A stretch of DNA of 54,186 nt, filler included, from Jimgerdemannia flammicorona (Eukaryota): assembly GCA_003990765.1 (NCBI GenBank). It is 2 parts of 2 records of this genome, joined end to end, with 100 filler letters (N's around TTAATTAATTAA, not from the genome) between each part and the next. Parts side by side here need not be neighbours in the genome. Positions count along the whole stretch, not along the records: positions 27,148 to 54,186 come from RBNJ01000669.1; 1 more part is not named here. One strand, given 5' to 3'. Of the stretch, positions 48,026 to 54,186 are shown piece after piece; within the stretch, counting starts at the first letter, position 1; the number at the start of each line of letters is the position of its first letter. The position numbers and the translations under genes were made by a program. Under the pieces are notes generated by a model. That model saw nothing but the letters and a program-made list of their open reading frames with translations, was not told the origin of the DNA and searched no databases.

Positions 48026-51000
48026 TGTAACATTTTAGTGTAGCTTATTTCTTTTCTTTGTTTTTTCTCAATATTCTATGACCTTCCAGTACTTTCTGAA
48101 TACTTAGAAATCCTCTCTTGGTGCCAAGTATTCATTAGTACTTATTTAGCTAGTTACTGAATATCCTGGAAACTTGTAGAACCTTGTTTATCATCATTTG
48201 TCATCTTTGCCAAGAACTTTTCTCTTGGTATTTTCCTTTGATTTCTCAGATTCTTCCAGACCTTTCTTTCAGATTTTATATAAATATCCATGAATAAAGT
48301 CTCAGAATATTTTCTCTCAGAAATCTTTCGAGAATACTTGAATCCTTAAGTATCTCTTTGAGCTACTTAGAACTATCAGAACTAGTTACTTCCTTATTTA
48401 GAAACTAGAACTGTTATACTTGATAGTAGTAGTTAAGTTATACCTAGCCTTATCAAGACACCTTTCAAGATATTAGTCACAACATTATAGAGGACAATGA
48501 GTGGAACCCTTCATACAGTACCTATGGCCCAGGCAATGCCTCTTACAATCGGCAAGAAGAAGAGAAACAGCAAAACTCTACTCAGTCAACCAGGGCCATC
48601 AAGAGTCTTTTGCAGACCACATTAGCTCAGATTGCTCAACTTCAAGAATACATAGAAAGAAAGGAAAGCAAGGCCTCTGCTCATACCTCTGCATCTCTAC
48701 CAATATTAATATATCTGACAGCAGTTACTATCAAGCCTCAGAAGTCCAACACTTTTGATGGTCAAAGAGGAGGACTGTCTACTGATATCTGGCTTTTCCA
48801 ATTGGAGCAATATAGAGAACTAACTAATTTAGAAGAAGCAACACTAGTCCAATTCACCACTATACTCCTCTGAGGGAATACTGTATCTGGTGGCAAAACT
48901 ATGTCCAGAATATCAGATTTTCTGGTCAGATTAGGACTTGGAATGAATTCTCTGATGCTGTTCAAGGTTAATTCAAACCAGTCAACAGCACCAAGGCTGC
49001 ATGAGACAGTCTGGCAAATGTCAAACAACTCAAGTCTGTGCAAGTATACAATGTACAATTTCTGTCAATCCTGCTAGAATTACCACATGTTACTGAAGAT
49101 GAGAAGGTCAACAAGTACATTCGAGGCCTGAAAGGTCAAACCCAAGTTCATGTTGAACTAGAAGAACCCAAGAACCTAGATACAGCAATGAAAATTGCTG
49201 ATAGATTTGATATCATCACCTATGGTCACTACTTTGAACAGAAGAGACTGTCTTTCAACAACAATCACAAAAGGGAGGAACCCAAAGTCAGAATTGTTGG
49301 ACCTGCCCCCATGGACCTAGATACCATCAACAAGAGCAAGAAAGGCAAGCTTATACCCAAGAAAAAGAAGTGCCTCAAGAAGGCTGGAGCCTGCTTTTTT
49401 TGCTGTCAGCCTAGTCATATTGCAACTAAATGTCCCAAGAAAACTGCTGAACCAAAGAGGATTCTGGTCCTATCCAAAGACACTCAAGGTCAACTAGTTG
49501 AACAAGAAGTTATACTCAATTTTATGTAAGTCAACCCCAAGGCCCAGATCCCTCAAGCACAGTCAGAAGGAGCCATTGGTTTAGACCTTCAAGCAGTACA
49601 ACAAGTCACTATTCCTGCATATGAAAGAAGGCTCATTCCAACTGGCCTTTCAGTTGAAATCCCCAAGGAACATTATGCAAGAATTGCACCAAGATCTGGC
49701 CTCAGTTTCAAGCATTCATTGGATATTGGTGCTGGAGTCATTGACCCTGACTTCCGAGGCAAAATACAAGTCCTGCTAGTCAACTACAAGAACCAACCAT
49801 ATACCATCAATGAAGGTGACAGAATTTCACAGCTCATTCTGGAGTGAGCCACCCTACCAGTCATCAAAGAAGTCACCAAGCTGTCTCCAATTAAGTGAGA
49901 TCAGAAAGGCTTTGGCAGTACAACAAAGTTACAAGCATAGCCGAGAACTGAGCCAATCCAATGCATATTTTCAAAGATCTAGTCAAGAGACAAGAGCTAG
50001 ATGTTCTCATAGACAGTAGAGCTGTTGGGAACTTTATCAACAAGAACCTCATCGATAAGCTCAAGATTCTCACCAAACCAGCTGGCAAGAATGGTAGAGT
50101 TGTCACTGCAGATGGCACCACCTTACCAATTGACTCAATTGCTGCTAAACTCTCTCTCAAGATCCAGAAGTACTGGGAACATTTAGATTTCAAGGTAGTA
50201 CCACTAGGAGACCATGATCTGATCCTAGGCAAACTCTGGCTTACATGACATAACTCTCAGATTGATTGGATCAAGAATGATATCACCTTGATTCAGAATG
50301 GAGCCAATATTACCATCAAACCAGACAAGACTCAGACAAGAATCCCAATTGCTACCCTTTCAGCAATTTAGTTCAAGAAGGCCCTCAAGAAAGCTATCTG
50401 TGTCTTTGTGGCACTGATCTGACTAAAGAAAGAAGACAAGAAGCTATCAATTAGTGAAAGTGTCAAATTACTACTAAATAAATACAAGGATATCATCCTG
50501 GACAAACTATCTGGTCTACCACCTTCAAGAGACCATGACCATGAAATCAAGTTAGTATTTGATGCAGCTATACCTAAGAAGAAAATGTACCACATGTCTT
50601 CACTTGAAATTGAAGCAGTTAAGAAGAAACTCAATGAACTCATTGAGCAAGGAGCCATTCAGCCAAGCAAGTCACCCTTTGGCTCCACAGTCCTATTTGT
50701 CAAGAAAAAGGATGATACTCTGTAAATATGCATAGACTACTGAGCACTCAACAAGATCACAGTCAAGAACTATTATCCACTACTACTCATAGATCAAATC
50801 TTTGATGCTCTCAAAAATGCAAAGTACTTCACCAAGATTGATCTCATCTCTGGGTATTACCAAATTCAAATCAAGCCAGAAGACATACCCAAGACTGCCT
50901 TCATGACACCCTTTGGACTCTACGAATTCCTAGTCATGGCCTTTGGTCTCACCAATATACCAGCAATCTTTCAAGATCTCATGCAAACTGTCTTCAAGGA

Positions 51001-51409
51001 TCAGCTCTATATCTTTGTACTTGTATATATTAATGACATCCTGATCTTTAGTAGCACTGAAGAAGAACACCTCAAGCATATTGAACAAGTCCTCAAGATC
51101 CTCTGTGAGAACAAGTTCTATGTAAAGCTCAAGAAATGTGAATTTTTCAAGGATTAAGTTGAATACCTTGGACACATTGTATCAGCCAAAGGAATTCAAG
51201 TAGATCCAAGAAAAATACAAGTCATTGAACAGTGGCCTGTACCAGCAAATCTCACTGAACTCAGGTCCTTCCTTGGTCTGGCTGGATACTACCATCGATT
51301 TGTCAAGAACTTCTCTGGCATTGCAGAATCTTTGACAAACCTCCTGTGAAAGGAACCCAACTCTGACCTCTATGTCTCCTACATCTGGGATGCTTTCTGT
51401 TGGACTCAT
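48026..51409 (+). mobile_element. Ty3/Gypsy element (5' LTR 48026-48418, gag, dUTPase, protease, RT), interrupted by a LINE
   Basis: TGTAAC...GTTATA LTR; decayed PBS; PMDLD and CFFCCQPSHIATKC in gag; dUTPase 49520-49920 (IAPRSGL, GVIDPDFRG, GFGST); LIDSRAVGNFI protease; VYINDILIF RT. Confidence 0.88.
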
Positions 51410-54186
51410 CTTTCACCAGTACCATTCAGGTGACACAAGACTCAGACAACACTTTTCTCAACATTTTTGGTGATAGATAACTATCAACATAGATGGCAAT
51501 GATTAATCTGGAGAGTATGCTGGCCAGGGGGGCAGTGGTGCCTTTGGCTGGCAATAGGTGGGGAGGAGGGGAGATGGTTTGGGGATGCTGGGGGTCTCAA
51601 TGGCTGGCTGAGGTACTGGTGGTGGAGGGAGGGGCAGCTTGAGGCAGCAAGGAGGAGAGAGGTCAACCTTTGCTGATAAGGTCAAGATGGGGAAGATGGC
51701 CTCAGGGCTGGATGACTGGCTGGGCCTGAGGAAGGTGTTGACAGCTGCTGCTGGGGGTCAGGGAGGAGTGCCCAGGGGAGTGTCTGGTAGTAGGGGAGGG
51801 GGGGAAGTAGGGGCTGATATTGGGACTGCTGATGGGGCTGTATCTGGGGATCTGGAAAAAAATCCAGATGTGACAGCAGTTGATGGATCAGGACAAAGGG
51901 TGGGTATGAGGCCCAGGACCTGGCAGTTGGGGTGATGTGCATGGTGTCGGCACCATTACTCAAGAAATCAAGGTCAGAATTCACCATCATGATATGCTTC
52001 AGGGGCTTGGTGGTGACTGTGAGGATGATCTTGGGGCTGGTGGCACAGGAGGCAAAGGGAGCAGCATCGGTGAAGTTTTTAAAGGGGAAAGAAGGGGTTA
52101 AGATAGGATTTGAGGAGGAGGAAGCTTTGTTGGCTACTATGGAGAAGGGGGGCGATAGTGGGCAGAGTTGTGGTCCCTATAGTCAGGTGCATGCACTGGG
52201 ACCCCTGAGTGGTGCAGTTGATGGTGTTGGATTTGTCTATGGTGTCAAGAGAGAGGGCCAGAAAGTTGATTGTAGGGGTGGTCAAGGAGTATGGGGAGAT
52301 TGTGGACATTGGGTTCAAGATCTGAGAAGGAATGGAGCTTTGGACTGGTGATGTTGATGTCCAGATGAGACTGGCTGGGAAGGAGAACATGGGAAAGATG
52401 AGAGATTGGCCAGCGACTCTGAAGTGGGGACTGGTAGAGTGTAAGGTCATGTGAGTGAAGGGGACTCTGGAAGAGGAGGAAGATTTACTTGAGGCTCTCG
52501 AGGATCTGGAGGGGGCAGTCAAGAGGAGGAGATTAGCTTGGCAGAAGTATGAAGTGAAGACAGTGGTGGAAGTAGTCGAGGAGAAGAGGACCAGAGTGGA
52601 CAAGATGACCTGGGAGAAGATGCAAGGGAGGAGAATTCAGAAAGAGCTACTGGTAAAGTTGGGAGGCAGTGGGGCTGACAGTAGCACAGGGGATGGAAGA
52701 GCAGAATTGTATGTGAGTGACTGGGCAGGGGAAAGTGCGATGGCCCAAGGTGGAGCCCAGGGTGGACCAAGGGAGGAGGAGCAGGGTAGTGTGGAGGTGG
52801 ATGTAGAGATGAGTGAAGGAGCCCAACCTCAGTATAGTGTCCCAGGGGGGGCAGGGGGTGAGGAGGAGCTACTGGATGTCCCAGATGAGGAGTGGGATGA
52901 GTCGGTGAGGAGGAGCACTCTGGTGGACCTGGGGGTGGGAGATGGTCAGATTGCCCAGGGTATGGCAGAGGCAGTAGATGAGGAGAAGTAGCTGTGGAAG
53001 ACTTTGGAAGGGGTGGCAGCAGAGGAGTTGGGGGGAGAGGACTTCCAGGTTATAGAGAAAAGGCATTGGGAGGAAATCCTTCATGGGGAGGAGGTGCTGA
53101 GGAAGATTAGGAATGAGATCCTAGTGGTACTATTGAAATTAGTTAAATATCAGATTGATGATCAGAGAGAGGATGAACTCTGGAAGGTTGCAAATGACAG
53201 AGTGGCTTACTTGTGGGAATCAAGGAAAGGATTGGAGAAGTGGAGAGTGGTCTGTATGGACTATAGGGCAGAGATAGAAGTGGTGGATGGGGTAGAATGT
53301 CAGGAAATCTTGGAGGTATTGGATGCTCAGGCTGTAGCAGAGGAGAACTTGGAAGTAGAGCGGCAATTGGATCTGGCTGGGGATGAGATGAGTATGGAAT
53401 ACTAGGCTGGGTTATCACATTCCAACATTATTTAATATGAATAGTACAACTAGAATATTCTCTTTGAATGTAAATGGGTTGGGGGGGGCAGCTCAGCGAA
53501 AGTTTATATTTGGTTGACTTAAGGGACTGGATGCAGATCTCTTTTTACTACAGGATGTATATTATGAGACAGAAGTGGACTTTCAGGATTGGACTAGAGA
53601 GTGGGGGGGAGCAGTGGTGTGGTTTGAGAGGGTGGGTATCTTAGTGCAGAAGGGGGTCATGTTATTGCCCAGCAGAGAGGGGGGAGCAGTGGACTAGATC
53701 AGGAATTTGCAAGAGGCTGGTGTCATGGTTGAGGCTGAATTTGATTGCCTGAGGGGGGATTTCAATATGATAAGGGATAATGTAGTGGACTGGACTGATG
53801 GTGGGAGAGGGATTGGGGAAGAGTGGATTACTCTAGGCTGGGCATTGGCTATTTGGGTTGGGCTGGCCAGCCACTGGCTATTTGTATTTGAGGAGGAGAA
53901 GCGACTGAGCTTGGGGAGCCGGTTAGCAAGGTGGCAGTTCCTTATAAGGATATCTTGACAGGCTGGTGGCTGGGTTGGGGGCTGCAGGGGAGTTGGAGGC
54001 ACCGCTTAGTAGTGAAAATCTGTGATCAGAGTGGTGGGAGAGTTGGAGTTGTTGGTGAGAGGGTGGTCTTTATATGTAATGAGGTGGGGTGGGGCCACCC
54101 GATGGGGATCGGATAGTGGGTGGTGATATTGTAAATTTATTCATAGACTGGTAATAAAGTCGGAGTCCAAGGGACTATAAAAAAAA
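51410..54186 (+). mobile_element. Internally deleted L1/Tx1-like LINE (5'UTR, ORF1, partial endonuclease, 3' end, poly(A))
   Basis: Same 5' end as 13871. Endonuclease (GDFN) is fused at about 53795 to sequence homologous to 25175-25580; ends AATAAA...GACTAT(A)n. Confidence 0.88.

Overview
Eukaryotic, almost certainly fungal-type (short GT-AG introns), transposon-dense region. Most of it is nested, C-to-T-decayed mobile DNA. (1) A hAT-like end at 3011 sits next to a 5-exon 2OG-Fe(II)/TET-JBP-like gene. (2) Degenerate Ty3/Gypsy relics include a chromovirus. (3) A full-length L1/Tx1-type LINE (13871-25597, 18-bp TSD) is interrupted by a complete two-gene hAT element (18718-24686, 8-bp TSD). (4) A Tc1 DD34E element (about 32278-46473) has a 12.6-kb dUTPase-bearing Gypsy with 2.3-kb ORF-containing LTRs inserted in its right TIR. 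(5) A second dUTPase Gypsy is interrupted by an internally deleted LINE. The only stretch that has escaped CpG decay and is not a recognisable transposon is a 0.7-kb island (about 26166-26870). It has no credible ORF, folds into nearly continuous G-U-containing helices, and contains a 77-nt tRNA-fold with intact tertiary contacts but an enlarged 9-bp anticodon arm, mounted on a perfect 14-bp stem. This unidentified structured RNA locus is the best candidate for something new. All calls are by eye; no searches or folding programs were run.
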